Program-made: the position numbers and the translations under genes | Notes under the pieces: generated by a model | Databases searched by the model: none | What the model was told of the DNA's origin: nothing | What the model saw: the letters and a program-made list of their open reading frames with translations, nothing else | Assembly (NCBI GenBank): GCA_016192455.1 | Contig: JACPUC010000007.1 | Location: forward strand, 194,720-258,719 | DNA from: Candidatus Tectimicrobiota bacterium | GTDB taxonomy: Bacteria; JACPUC01 | Direction: 5' to 3' | DNA: 64,000 nucleotides | Shown: positions 37,904 to 47,852 of the stretch, piece after piece | How positions within the stretch are numbered: position 1 is the first letter of the stretch | Layout of the letters: each line of letters begins with the position of its first letter

Positions 37904-37919
37904 AGCAAAGGGCATGCCA
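37904..37919 (-). promoter_or_regulatory. Sigma54 promoter of the glycosylation operon
   Basis: Minus strand TGGCAT-GCCCT-TTGCT. Confidence 0.75.
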
Positions 37920-38681
37920 GGCCGCGCTGGCCTCGGCGCTTCGCCGCCTCGAGTGTCATTACGGGGAACCGCGCCTCAGGCACGGCGTCCAGGAGGATGT
38001 ACCGCTTGGAGCCGTTGGCGCGGGGTGTGCGCAGCGAGGCGGCGAGGATGCCGTCCCCGGCAACGACGGCCTTGAGGTTGCGAGGCGGGAAAGGTGTTGT
38101 GGCGAGCTCCTGGCAATTGTCCTGAGGTTTTCCCAAGGGAGGCACGGAACGTTTGACGCCGGCGCGGTAAATCTTGCCGATTCGGCGGGGAGCGGGCGGC
38201 GCGGCATGCTGCCGAGAGCGCGTCTTCCTGCGCTGGACGTTACGACTTGGGGAGGGGGGTACGGGAGGTCCGGATCGCCGCAGAGTGTGAGGCTGAGGAA
38301 CGCGAGGGGGCGGGAGAACGGCTGGCAGTCAAGGGTGGGCGCGCCTCTGCGGCTGGGAGATGCGGCGCGCTGGGCGCGCCTGGGGCAGCTTCGGTCTGAA
38401 CCTGTCGCCCCGGTCCCCACCGCAACCACCCTTGTGGGAACTCTGCCGTTGAGCGCCAGGTGGAGAAAGGAGGCGGCGCCAGACTGCCGAGATTCACCGT
38501 TGGGCAACGTGCCAGCATGCCTGCTCTTGCTCGCTGGGGCGACGCTGTCTCAAACAACCTGCGCCAAACTCCATCGCGCTCCAGGTACGGCGGCATTCCA
38601 CCGGGCACCACGAGGCCCCAGATTTGTCAGGCCGGCGGGAGCTCCTCGCGCGGCGGCGGACCATCACCCCGCCAGTGCGGG

Positions 38682-39128
38682 TCAGACATTCACGAGCTCG
38701 CGCATCTCCCGCAGGATGTAGTGCCGCGTGGTGTACTGGCTGTCGCTGAGGACGATCTGCTTGCCAAGCAGGGTGCGGTGGTTGAACAGGAGCGGTCCCT
38801 GGAGGTTCGCGCTGATGTCCTCCGGAGCCTCCCGAACCGTCACGATGACCGCCAGCACGAGGTCGCTCGACTCCGTCACACCCAGCTCCCGCCGCAGCGC
38901 CTCGGTCAGCGCCACGTGGTAATCGGGTCTGAACAGGAGGGGATCGATGATGATGAACGCCAGGTGCGGGTCATCGACCGACTGCAGCCACTTGAAGGGA
39001 GAGTCGTCGGCGTAGTTCAGGACGACAAAGCGGTGGACCTGGGGGAACCCCAGCAAGCCCTCCGGGAAGGAAAAAAGCTTCTGCTCTCGCAGGTCAATCT
39101 CACCAAGTCGTTTCGTGGACAGCTTCAT
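38682..39128 (-). CDS. fliW: Flagellar assembly factor FliW
   Basis: [38 protein letters not shown]; coupled to csrA. Confidence 0.95.
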   Translation of the reverse strand: MKLSTKRLGEIDLREQKLFSFPEGLLGFPQVHRFVVLNYADDSPFKWLQSVDDPHLAFIIIDPLLFRPDYHVALTEALRRELGVTESSDLVLAVIVTVREAPEDISANLQGPLLFNHRTLLGKQIVLSDSQYTTRHYILREMRELVNV

Positions 39129-39394
39129 GTCCGCATCTCCTTCGTGGCGCGCCGCTGCGGCCGGGTCGACTGCACCATCAGCCGATGCACCGCATCGAGC
39201 CCGAGCGAGCTCGAGGCGGCGGCGAGGCGGTTCTCCTCTTGAATGCGTTCGTAGATTTCCTCGCGGTGCACCTTGACGTGCGGCGGCGCCTCGATGCCGA
39301 GGCGAATGTTGCCGCCGCGGATGTCAAGCACCGTCATGGTAATCTCGTCGCCTATCCGAATTCGTTCTCCGACGCGGCGCGTAAGGATGAGCAT
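39125..39394 (-). CDS. csrA: Carbon storage regulator CsrA (FliW-type, with C-terminal extension)
   Basis: [39 protein letters not shown]; Asn at position 55. Confidence 0.97.
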   Translation of the reverse strand: MLILTRRVGERIRIGDEITMTVLDIRGGNIRLGIEAPPHVKVHREEIYERIQEENRLAAASSSLGLDAVHRLMVQSTRPQRRATKEMRT

Positions 39395-39505
39395 TGATCA
39401 CCCTCCCTGGTGTGCGCGTTGCATCCCTGCTTCACCGCACGACAAGCGCGCCCGCCCTCCGCCGTCGTGGCGCCGCCGCACGGGCGCGCAGCCGGCTCGC
39501 CCGCC

Positions 39506-40402
39506 CTAGCGCAAGAAGTCCAGCAGGCTCAAGGGCAGGACCTGCGCCGCCACCGCCATCGACACCTCCAGGTTCGACTGCTGGCTGGCAAGGTCCGACA
39601 AGGCCTTCGTAAGATCAACATCCTGCGTCTCCGAGAGCGCGGTCTGCAACGTCAGCTCCACGTCGTTGAGGCCTTGCTCCATCACCTCAAGAAGCGCCAT
39701 GCGCGAGCCGACGCTTGAGACTTCGCGCTCCACCTGCTCGAAGCTCTCCGTCATCCGATCAATCTGGGCTTCAATACCCGTCACATTGTTCGAATTCAGG
39801 GCTGTGATCAGGGTCTGGATCTCCGTGAAGATATCCACCTCCCCGCGCGTGGATTGGAACACCCGGCTTCCCGGCGAGGTGCCCGCGATGCGCGTCGAGT
39901 CGCCGACCTGGAGCTCGATCGCGCCGTCGTCTCCGGCATAGGAGACCGTCCCGTCGGCCTGCAGGCTGAAGGGGACCACATCGGTCCGGCGCCCGGCGAA
40001 AAGGGAGTTGCCGCCAAACTTCGCATTGGCGAGCTGCAGCAACTGGTCGCGCAGCGCTTGCACCTCGTTGGCCGCGATCGTTCGCTCGTTGCTCGTGAGC
40101 GCCGAGTTCGACTGGGCGATCGCCAGGCTGCGCACCCGCTCGATGAGGCTGGAGGCGCTGGTCAGCGTCCCCTCCGCGGCGCGGAGCTGCGCGTTCAGGT
40201 GCGACACATTGCGGAGGTACTGGCGCGTGCGATCCAGGCCGGCGCCCTGGGTGACCACCTGATCCGCCGCCACGGGATCATCGGACGGCTTGGTGACCCG
40301 CTTCTGCGTCACGGCCTGGGTCTGCAACGCATCCAAGCGCCGCCGCTGCGCCTGCAAGGCACTCACCAGGCGATCCTGCATCATCTTCTGGGTAACCCGC
40401 AT
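39506..40402 (-). CDS. flgL: Hook-associated protein 3 FlgL
   Basis: MRVTQKMM..KRVTKPSDDPV..LFAG..LSLLDFLR. Confidence 0.95.
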   Translation of the reverse strand: MRVTQKMMQDRLVSALQAQRRRLDALQTQAVTQKRVTKPSDDPVAADQVVTQGAGLDRTRQYLRNVSHLNAQLRAAEGTLTSASSLIERVRSLAIAQSNSALTSNERTIAANEVQALRDQLLQLANAKFGGNSLFAGRRTDVVPFSLQADGTVSYAGDDGAIELQVGDSTRIAGTSPGSRVFQSTRGEVDIFTEIQTLITALNSNNVTGIEAQIDRMTESFEQVEREVSSVGSRMALLEVMEQGLNDVELTLQTALSETQDVDLTKALSDLASQQSNLEVSMAVAAQVLPLSLLDFLR

Positions 40403-40575
40403 CTGCCGATCCTTCCCGCGTCGCTCCCCAGCCTGGTGTGCGACCCCCCGGCAGAGAGCCTTCCCCGGCCAGGCTCGCCCGCGGGCTTGCGTGCCCGCGC
40501 CAGCCCCGTCCCCCGAGGACGCTCACAGGTGCGTCCACGACGCGCCACGCCTCATCTTCGAGAACCACTCAGTCG

Positions 40576-42975
40576 CTAGATCGACACCAACACCTCCAGG
40601 AGCCGATCGACGATGCTGAGGAGACGGGCCGCGGCCTCGAAGGAACGCTGGTACTTGATGAGCGACAGGAACTCATCCTCCAGGGAGACCCCGGCAACCT
40701 CCTCGCGCCTCTGTTCCAGGTGCTCGACGATCCCCTGCCGAAACGTCAGGTCCTGGGTGATCCCCCGCGCCGCCGCCCCGATGCCGCCGACGAGCGCGCC
40801 GTAGGCCTCATGGAGCGTCGAGGCGCCGTCGTTCATCGACCGCGCCATGGTAAGCGCGCCGATCTCCAGGGCCACCGCGTTGTCTCCGGCGGCATTCGGG
40901 CGCCCGGCGGCCGCGATCGCCAACGCATTGGCGAGGAGCGTGTCGTTCATTGCCAGGTGGGCGGCGGCGTCACGCACGGTCTCGATGGCGAAGGCGTCGC
41001 CGGCCCGCGGACCGCTCGTCGCGAGGTCGCTGGTCCAGGTGCTGCCGGGGGCCAAGGCCGCCGCTGTCGCACCGGCAAAACCGAGCACCTGCGCGGCCGT
41101 GGAGGAGGCATTCTGGAAGCTCACGGTCAACGAGCTCGTATTACCGCCGTTGTTGGTGATGGCGAACCGCTGCGTCGCCGCGTTGAACGTCACGCCGTAG
41201 GTATCATCGCTGCCATTGGCGGCTTCGAGCTGCGTCTGGAGGTGCGTGGCGAGTTCGCTGCCGGTGTAGACGCCGGCCTGGAGCGTGATGGTGGTCGCAC
41301 CCGCTCCCGCATCGACGACAAGCTGATCATTCACGCCGCTCACGATGGTGAAGACATCGGCGCGCGAAGCGATGACCGTGCTGATGCCCGCGAAGCTGAT
41401 GACCCCGCCGGACGTGTACGTCTGGTTCGGCGTGCCGACGAGGGCATCCGCGGAGCCGCTCGTGCTGAGCACGCTGAAGAGCGCCTCCTCGCGGCGCGCA
41501 CTGTTTGAGGTGATGCTGGCCGCCGCGCTGGGGGCGCTGGTGAAACCGAACGTCTCATCGGCCGTTCCCTGCGCGGGATCGAGCGTGAGGTTGATGCCGC
41601 CGCCCGTTTCGGTGATCGTGAAGGTGCCGGCGGCGGCATCGTAGGCCACCTGGTAGGTGCCGTTGAGCGTTGCGCTGGCGTTGAGCTGGGTCTGCAGGTC
41701 CGCGGCCAACGCCACGCCGGTCCGCCCGTTCAGGTTGGCGCCGAGCGTGATGGTGTCGGCGGCGCTGCTGCCGCCGCTCTCCACCACGCGCAGGGTATCG
41801 TTCACGCCGCTGGCGATGACGAAGCCGAAGCGCACCTCGTAGCTCTCGCCGGTGACCGCGGAGCGGCTGCTGATGCGGCTGGCCACGACGCCGGCGCCGG
41901 CGGGGTTCGCATTGCCCGAGGCGCTCCTGGCAACCACGGAGAGGGTGCTTGGATCAGCGACGATGCCGTCAACGGGGGTGAGGGACTCGAAGAACGTCGT
42001 CCCGGTCGTCCCATCGAGGCCGTACCCCAGCACGTGCTCGCCGTTCACCCTGGCGATGAGGGACGCGGCGAGATCGTTCAAGGTCGCCTTGTAGCTCGGG
42101 ATGAGGCTGTCGCGCACCTCGAGGTAGCCGCCCACGTCTCCCCCGGTGATCTCACTCGTGATGAGGCCGACGAGGCCGTTGGAGTCGTTGAGGTTCACAT
42201 CCTGCACCAGGAGCGTCCCGGCGGCGCGGTCCGAGCGGCTCAAGCTCCCCGCCGCCCCTCCCGTCACCAGGGGCCTGCTGTTGCCGATGAGGATATTGAT
42301 GTTGCCGGAGCCGTCCTCGAAGGTGGTGATGTTCACCAGCCCGGCCAGCTCGCGCACGCGCGTATCGCGCTCGTCGCGCAGGCTGGCAGCCTGGCCGTTC
42401 ACTTCTTGGGTAACGATCTCGCCATTGAGCCGGGCGATCTGCTGGGCCAGCCGATTGACCTCGGTGACCGCGGCTGCCACGGCGTTGTTCGCGGCGCGCT
42501 GGATGTCGGTGAGCGTCTCGTAACTGGTGCGAAACTGCGCCGCCACGCGCATGCCCTGCTGCTGCACGTTGGTCCGCGCTCCGTAGTTCCCCGGCGCCGC
42601 GGCCAGCTCCTGGAAGGCGTTGAAGAAATCGCTCAGCGCCTGCCCGATCCCCGCCGCCCCCGACTCGTTCACCAGCGCCTCGATGCGGTTCAAGAGGCCC
42701 TGCATCGTCTCGGCCCGCCCTTTCTGTCCGAGGGCCGCCTCGAGCTGCGCGTTGAGCGACTGGTCATAGAGCCGGCGCACCTCCGTTACCTTGACGCCGG
42801 CGCCAAGGAGGTTCCCCCCCACGGAGAGCGGGCGCGCCGCCTCAAGCTGCACCTCCTGGCGCGAGTACCCCGGCGTATGCGCATTGGCGATGTTGTTCGA
42901 CGTCACCTGCAAGGCGGTCTGGTTCGCCAGGATCGACTGCCGTGCAATATCGAGTACGCTACTTAGGCCCGACAT
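40576..42975 (-). CDS. flgK: Hook-associated protein 1 FlgK, enlarged (799 aa)
   Basis: LQVTSNNIANAHTPGYSRQ..; GVSLEDEFLSLIKYQRSFEAAAR. Confidence 0.95.
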   Translation of the reverse strand: MSGLSSVLDIARQSILANQTALQVTSNNIANAHTPGYSRQEVQLEAARPLSVGGNLLGAGVKVTEVRRLYDQSLNAQLEAALGQKGRAETMQGLLNRIEALVNESGAAGIGQALSDFFNAFQELAAAPGNYGARTNVQQQGMRVAAQFRTSYETLTDIQRAANNAVAAAVTEVNRLAQQIARLNGEIVTQEVNGQAASLRDERDTRVRELAGLVNITTFEDGSGNINILIGNSRPLVTGGAAGSLSRSDRAAGTLLVQDVNLNDSNGLVGLITSEITGGDVGGYLEVRDSLIPSYKATLNDLAASLIARVNGEHVLGYGLDGTTGTTFFESLTPVDGIVADPSTLSVVARSASGNANPAGAGVVASRISSRSAVTGESYEVRFGFVIASGVNDTLRVVESGGSSAADTITLGANLNGRTGVALAADLQTQLNASATLNGTYQVAYDAAAGTFTITETGGGINLTLDPAQGTADETFGFTSAPSAAASITSNSARREEALFSVLSTSGSADALVGTPNQTYTSGGVISFAGISTVIASRADVFTIVSGVNDQLVVDAGAGATTITLQAGVYTGSELATHLQTQLEAANGSDDTYGVTFNAATQRFAITNNGGNTSSLTVSFQNASSTAAQVLGFAGATAAALAPGSTWTSDLATSGPRAGDAFAIETVRDAAAHLAMNDTLLANALAIAAAGRPNAAGDNAVALEIGALTMARSMNDGASTLHEAYGALVGGIGAAARGITQDLTFRQGIVEHLEQRREEVAGVSLEDEFLSLIKYQRSFEAAARLLSIVDRLLEVLVSI

Positions 42976-43014
42976 GGGTGTCTGTCCTCTCCCCGCGCCC
43001 GGGGCCCCCCCTGG

Positions 43015-43542
43015 TTACATCCGACTGCGGATGAAGACCCCTGAGCGCTCGGCGCCCCCCAGCGCGCCCGACGGCCCGTACGTGGCGCCCGGTGCGCTTG
43101 CCTGCGTGAGAAGCTGCAGCGAGTCCTTGATGCTGCGAAGTGAGTAATCGATGTAGGCGCGGTTCTCGGCGATCAGCTCACGAATGCCGCCGCTGAGGGC
43201 GCGCAGGACACTCGCCCGCTCCTCCAGGGCCGCGCGGCAAGCGTCCGGCACCCAGCCGCAGAGGTCGCGCAGCGTGACACCGTGCGCCTCGCAGCCGACC
43301 GCCGCCGCCACCTGCTCAACGAGCACCCCGCGCGTCTCCTCCAGCATGCGCAGCCGAAGCGCCACGGTCTCCTTCCGCTTGTTGCACGCTTGCAGTGCCT
43401 CCAAGGCGAAGGAGAGGTAGACCCGCTTCTCCTCCTGGAGGAGGCCAACCAGCTCTCGGAGCTCCTCCTCCTCCTCGCGCAGCAAGGCGACGAGGTCGAG
43501 GCATCTCACTTCCAGGGTCTGCTCATGATCGGTTGAGTGCAT
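43015..43542 (-). CDS. flgN: Flagellar chaperone FlgN
   Basis: LVGLLQEEK..LQACNKRKE..LRMLEETR..N..YIDYSL..TYGPSG; directly upstream of flgK; start uncertain. Confidence 0.8.
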   Translation of the reverse strand: MHSTDHEQTLEVRCLDLVALLREEEEELRELVGLLQEEKRVYLSFALEALQACNKRKETVALRLRMLEETRGVLVEQVAAAVGCEAHGVTLRDLCGWVPDACRAALEERASVLRALSGGIRELIAENRAYIDYSLRSIKDSLQLLTQASAPGATYGPSGALGGAERSGVFIRSRM

Positions 43543-43559
43543 GGAAGATGTATCCTCGC

Positions 43560-44579
43560 TTACGCTTCACGATCCACGCCGCCACGCTCCGCACCGTCAC
43601 CCTCCAGGTAGACGAGGGGATTGACGGCCCGGCCAGCGCGGCGCATCTCGAAGTGCACATGGGGGCCGGTGGAGCGACCTGTGGAGCCTGCCTCGGCAAT
43701 GACCTCTCCCTGCGCCACCCGCGCCCCCGGCCGCACATGGTTGCTCGCATTGTGGGAGTATTGCGTCGTGTAGCCGTCGCCATGGTCGATGATGATGGTG
43801 TTCCCGTGTCCCGGCTGCGCGCCGCTGAAGACGACGGTCCCGGCCTTGGCGGCGCGCACGCGCGCGCCCTCGGGCGCCGCGAGATCGACCCCTTGATGGA
43901 ACGCCAGCTTCGCCGTGTAGGGATCGTGGCGGACACCGAAGGCGGAGCTGATGGTGCCCTGCACGGGCAGGCGGTAACTCTGCGGCGGCGGGCTCACCTC
44001 GCCCGCGGCGGCTGGGGAGTGCGGCTCGTACGGCGGTTCCCCGGCCTCGCCCGCCGAGACTCCCTGTGGCGGCTCGGTCCAGGGCTCGGCTGGGAGGCCG
44101 GCCGGCGGCAGGGCGCCGCTGGCATGCTGGCGTGGCGCCGCGGCCCGGGACCCCTGCTGGAGCTGCTGCAGGAGGCGCTCTCCCAGCCCGAGACCGCCTT
44201 GCTTCGCCACCTCGGTGGCAACTTCCTGATCGAGGAGCGACTCGTAGATTTCCATCGACTGCCCCTGGCCGAAGAGGCTGCTGCGCTCGATCGTGGCGCG
44301 CATCTGCTGCAGCATGAAGTGGACGAAGAGCGCCTCGAACTTGTGGACCGCCTCGCGCAGCTCGGCGTCGTCCCCGCCTCCCTCCCGCCTTTGCAGTGCC
44401 TCGCTGAGATTGCGGCTGATCTCGTCGCCGCGGCTCGCGTCGAGCTGCTGCGCGAGGCCCCGCAGGTCGAACGAGCCGTTCTCCATGGTGGCAAGGTTTG
44501 CCACGCCTCCGCCTCCAGCCGCCGCCGGATCGCGGGGCCAGGCGCCGGGGTATGCCGCGCTTGCCTCGATGCGCGTCAT
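43560..44579 (-). CDS. flgJ: FlgJ-like rod-binding domain fused to an M23 peptidase
   Basis: LREAVHKFEALFVHFMLQQMRAT..GGLGLGE (rod-binding); SSAFGVR..FHQGVDLAAP..GSTGRSTGPHVHFE (M23 HxxxD/HxH). Confidence 0.85.
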   Translation of the reverse strand: MTRIEASAAYPGAWPRDPAAAGGGGVANLATMENGSFDLRGLAQQLDASRGDEISRNLSEALQRREGGGDDAELREAVHKFEALFVHFMLQQMRATIERSSLFGQGQSMEIYESLLDQEVATEVAKQGGLGLGERLLQQLQQGSRAAAPRQHASGALPPAGLPAEPWTEPPQGVSAGEAGEPPYEPHSPAAAGEVSPPPQSYRLPVQGTISSAFGVRHDPYTAKLAFHQGVDLAAPEGARVRAAKAGTVVFSGAQPGHGNTIIIDHGDGYTTQYSHNASNHVRPGARVAQGEVIAEAGSTGRSTGPHVHFEMRRAGRAVNPLVYLEGDGAERGGVDREA

Positions 44580-44636
44580 GCGAACGTCGCCTCCCTGCCT
44601 CGTGGCGCCGGCCTCAGGCGCTCCGCCGCACCTGCG

Positions 44637-45734
44637 CTAGAGGACTTCGAGCTCGGCCTGCAGCGCCCCTGCGGCCCGAATCGCCTGGAAGACCGCGATC
44701 AAGTCGCGCGGCGTGACGCCGATGGCATTGAGCGCCTGCACAACCTCCGCGATAGTGACGCCGCGCGGCACCACCAAGAGGCGGGCATCCTGCTCTTTCA
44801 CCTCGATCTGGGTATCGGGTTTCACCTCGGTGGTCCCTTGCGAGAAGGGCAGCGGCTGCGACACCCGCGGCTGTTCCTTGATCTGGATGCTCAGGTTGCC
44901 GTGCGACACCGCCACGGTGGAGACGCGCACGTGCTCGCCCAGGACGACGGTGCCGGTGCGCTCATCGAGGATCACCCGCGCCCGCGAGTCGGGATCGCCC
45001 TCCAGCGCCTCGAGCTCGGCCAGGGTGCGGACGAGATCGCTGCGCATCGGCTCGGAGAGCGCCACCGTGATGGTCCCTGCATCGGCCGGCTGGGCCACCT
45101 CACCCTTGAAGCGCCGGTTGATGCTGCGGGCGATGCGGTCGGCCGTCGTGAAGTCGGGATCCCGCAGAGTCATCGTGATGGCGCGGCGCTCCGTGAACCC
45201 CACGCCGACCTCACGCTCGACGATGCCGCCTTGGGGAATCGTCGCCACGGTCGGATGATTCTTCGTTGCGGTGGCGCCCTGGCCACCGAAGGCGAAACCG
45301 CCGCCGATCGACAGCGGCCCCTGCGCCAGGACGTAGACGTTCCCATCGTGGCCGCGCAGCGGCGTTACCAGGAGGGTGCCTCCTTGCAGGCTCGTGGCGT
45401 TGCCGATGGAGGAGACCAGCACGTCAAGGCGCGTTCCCGCCTTGGCGAACGGCTGCAGCTTTGCGGTGACGATGACCGCGGCCACGTTGTCGGTGCGGAT
45501 CAGGTTCGGATCGATGCTCACGCCTTGGCGCTGCAGCATGTTCGCGAGCGTCTGGAACGTGAAGCCGGTGCTTCGGTCATCGCCGGTGCCGTTCAAGCCG
45601 ATGACGAGGCCGAAGCCGTTAAGCTGGTTCAGCCGCACCCCCTGGATGTCCACGAGGTCCTTCAAGCGCGCCGCCCAGGCCCCCCTCCCTCCCAGGAGAA
45701 CGAGCATGAGGAGGAGCGCGGTGCAGGCAGCCAC
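44637..45734 (-). CDS. flgI: Flagellar P-ring protein FlgI
   Basis: RLKDLVDIQGVRLNQLNGFGLVIGLNGTGD..SLQGGTLL..GALQAELEVL; start uncertain (GTG 45734 or ATG 45707). Confidence 0.95.
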   Translation of the reverse strand: MAACTALLLMLVLLGGRGAWAARLKDLVDIQGVRLNQLNGFGLVIGLNGTGDDRSTGFTFQTLANMLQRQGVSIDPNLIRTDNVAAVIVTAKLQPFAKAGTRLDVLVSSIGNATSLQGGTLLVTPLRGHDGNVYVLAQGPLSIGGGFAFGGQGATATKNHPTVATIPQGGIVEREVGVGFTERRAITMTLRDPDFTTADRIARSINRRFKGEVAQPADAGTITVALSEPMRSDLVRTLAELEALEGDPDSRARVILDERTGTVVLGEHVRVSTVAVSHGNLSIQIKEQPRVSQPLPFSQGTTEVKPDTQIEVKEQDARLLVVPRGVTIAEVVQALNAIGVTPRDLIAVFQAIRAAGALQAELEVL

Positions 45735-45861
45735 ACCTGGGCGCAGCGGCAGGTGAAGGAAGGCCGCCGACGCCCTGCGTCGCCGCTGCGTCGCCGGCGG
45801 CAGCGACCGCGTTGCGCGCGGCGGCTCCGCGGCGGGGCCCGCTCCGCGAGTCCCAGCGTCG

Positions 45862-46686
45862 TTAGAACGGCCAGATCTTATCGAAGAGCACATGCAGGAA
45901 CCCCGGCTTCTGCTTGTCCGCTAGGAGACCCGCACCCGAGTAAGTGATGCGGGCATCGGCGATGGAGGTGGAGAGGATGCTGTTATCCGTCAGGACGTCC
46001 TCCGGGCGCACCATCCCACTCAGCATGATGTACTGCGTCTCCTGGTTGACGGTGATCTCGCGGTATCCCTCGATATAGAGGTTCCCGTTCGGGAGCACGC
46101 GGCGCACCGTGGCGCTGATCGTCGCCGTCAAGTTGTCGGTGCGCGAGGTGGCGCCGTCGCCCTCGAAGTCATTTTCCGTCTGGGCGCCGAGGAGCTCCTG
46201 CGCGGAAAGGTTGCGGTTCTTGCGCCGCAGCGACTCCATGAGGCCGAAGAGATGCGCCACCTGCAACGACTGCGAGGATTTCCGGCTGAGGTTCGTGCTG
46301 GCGCTCTTCGAGGCGCTGGAGGTCTCCACGATGCGCACCCTCAGGACATCCCCCACCCGGCGCGCCCGGATGTCTTCGAAAAGCACCGAGGTGCGGTTCT
46401 CGCCCCGCCAGAGCGACCCTTCGCTCGCCGCCGGCTGGGCGGGAGGCGCTTCTTGCGACATGACGAGGGGCGCCGGCCGCGGCAGGGCAGCCTCATTCAG
46501 ACCGCTCGTGAGACAGCCGGACGTGCCCACGAGGAGCGCCAGGAGGAGTCCGAGGAGCAACGCCGAGCGCGGGGCTCGATCAAAGGCCGCAGGCAGTCGT
46601 CCCGGGCCGGCCGGCGTGCCCAGGCTCCGCCGCCGCAATCGGCGCCACCGGCGCTGGAGCTCCGCGTTGAGTGGTCTTGTGTCCAT
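45862..46686 (-). CDS. flgH: Flagellar L-ring lipoprotein FlgH
   Basis: Lipobox-like TSGC; GSLW..LFEDIRARRVGD..VLPNGNL..GMVRPED..WPF. Confidence 0.95.
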   Translation of the reverse strand: MDTRPLNAELQRRWRRLRRRSLGTPAGPGRLPAAFDRAPRSALLLGLLLALLVGTSGCLTSGLNEAALPRPAPLVMSQEAPPAQPAASEGSLWRGENRTSVLFEDIRARRVGDVLRVRIVETSSASKSASTNLSRKSSQSLQVAHLFGLMESLRRKNRNLSAQELLGAQTENDFEGDGATSRTDNLTATISATVRRVLPNGNLYIEGYREITVNQETQYIMLSGMVRPEDVLTDNSILSTSIADARITYSGAGLLADKQKPGFLHVLFDKIWPF

Positions 46687-46692
46687 GCTGGG

Positions 46693-47811
46693 CTAGAACT
46701 CCACAACCACGGTCTTGGCATCGAGGACCTTGCCGATGACCTCGCGCTGCGAGCTGAGATTCACCGTGCGCACCTGTTCGCCGCGACGCGCATCGCCGAG
46801 CACCTTGCCGCGGGTGCGGACGGTTAACCCCGGCTTCTGGGCCAGGAGCGTCACGAGGTCGCCCCGACGCACCAGCGGCGGCACCTCGAGCATGTCGCGC
46901 CGTAGGATGACGAAGCTGCTGAGGGGTCGTTTGGCCTGCTGGCCGATGACCTCCTGGGGATCGTTGAAGACGCCGTTGGGCAGCGCGGCAAGATCAGCCT
47001 GCTCCACCCGCAGCATCTCCGCCCCGACGATCTCGCCCCGTTGCAGCGGCCGCAGCAAACGGACGACCTTGGCGCGCACGGTGATGGCGAGATTGACGTT
47101 GAAGCGCTTCACCGCCACACCATCGACAAGGGTGGCGACGGTGAGGGTGGTGGGCCCGCGGAAATCCTCCAGACCGCTCGCCGCGATCCGCAGCTCCACC
47201 TCGCCGTCCGGCAGGAGGATGGGCGTCGGCGCCGAAATCGGTCCGATCTCCACCTGCTCGGGTGCCCAGGGTATGGTGCGACGCAGAAAATCGCGCACGG
47301 CCTGTTCAAGGTCGTTCTGCTCGATCGTGGTGTAAGCCCGCAGCACCTCGATGTGCTCGGGAACCTCGAGGCTCGTGCTGTCCAGGGGGAAGCCGGCGCC
47401 GCGCAGGCGTGCCTCAACCTGCCTGCCATCGAAGCGCCGCGTCTGCCCCGGCAACGGCGCCTGGCCAAGTACTAAGCTCTGCCAGCGCTCGGCGCGCGCC
47501 GGCGTGCCCGCCTCGATCTGCGCCACATCGCCAAGGCGCACCTGATCACCCATCACGATGGCCGCTGCATTGACGGTGATCTTTGCCGCGGCCGTCGGCG
47601 CGGCCTGCGGCGCGGAGGGCGGCGCGATGGCAGCGCGGAGCGGCGGTGGCGGGGCGGGGCTCGGCGCGCCCGCCACCTCGCCGGCCGAGGCAGGGGCGGG
47701 CAGCAGCGCGAGGCCCAGGAACGCCGCCAGGGCGATCAGGGCGCCGAGGCGCAGGCGGCGCGGCTCCTTCCCGGCGGTCGCGTGCAGTTCGAGTGCGTGC
47801 ATAGGCTTCAT
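46693..47811 (-). CDS. flgA: P-ring formation chaperone FlgA
   Basis: Signal peptide; VRLGDVA; SAF-like PLQRGEIV; LVRRGDLV..G.VL..G..VRTVNLSS; between flgG and flgH. Confidence 0.9.
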   Translation of the reverse strand: MKPMHALELHATAGKEPRRLRLGALIALAAFLGLALLPAPASAGEVAGAPSPAPPPPLRAAIAPPSAPQAAPTAAAKITVNAAAIVMGDQVRLGDVAQIEAGTPARAERWQSLVLGQAPLPGQTRRFDGRQVEARLRGAGFPLDSTSLEVPEHIEVLRAYTTIEQNDLEQAVRDFLRRTIPWAPEQVEIGPISAPTPILLPDGEVELRIAASGLEDFRGPTTLTVATLVDGVAVKRFNVNLAITVRAKVVRLLRPLQRGEIVGAEMLRVEQADLAALPNGVFNDPQEVIGQQAKRPLSSFVILRRDMLEVPPLVRRGDLVTLLAQKPGLTVRTRGKVLGDARRGEQVRTVNLSSQREVIGKVLDAKTVVVEF

Positions 47812-47852
47812 CCCTTAGACGCCCGGCCCGAAGCATGGCGGGACTGCACCGG

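Noticed and set aside
37756-38145. Long N-terminal extensions of track ORFs (here; also flgF 49415-49861, fliR 63141-63479, dehydrogenase 9137-9556)
   Set aside because: They lack family similarity, the first three contain sigma54 sites, and better starts lie downstream.
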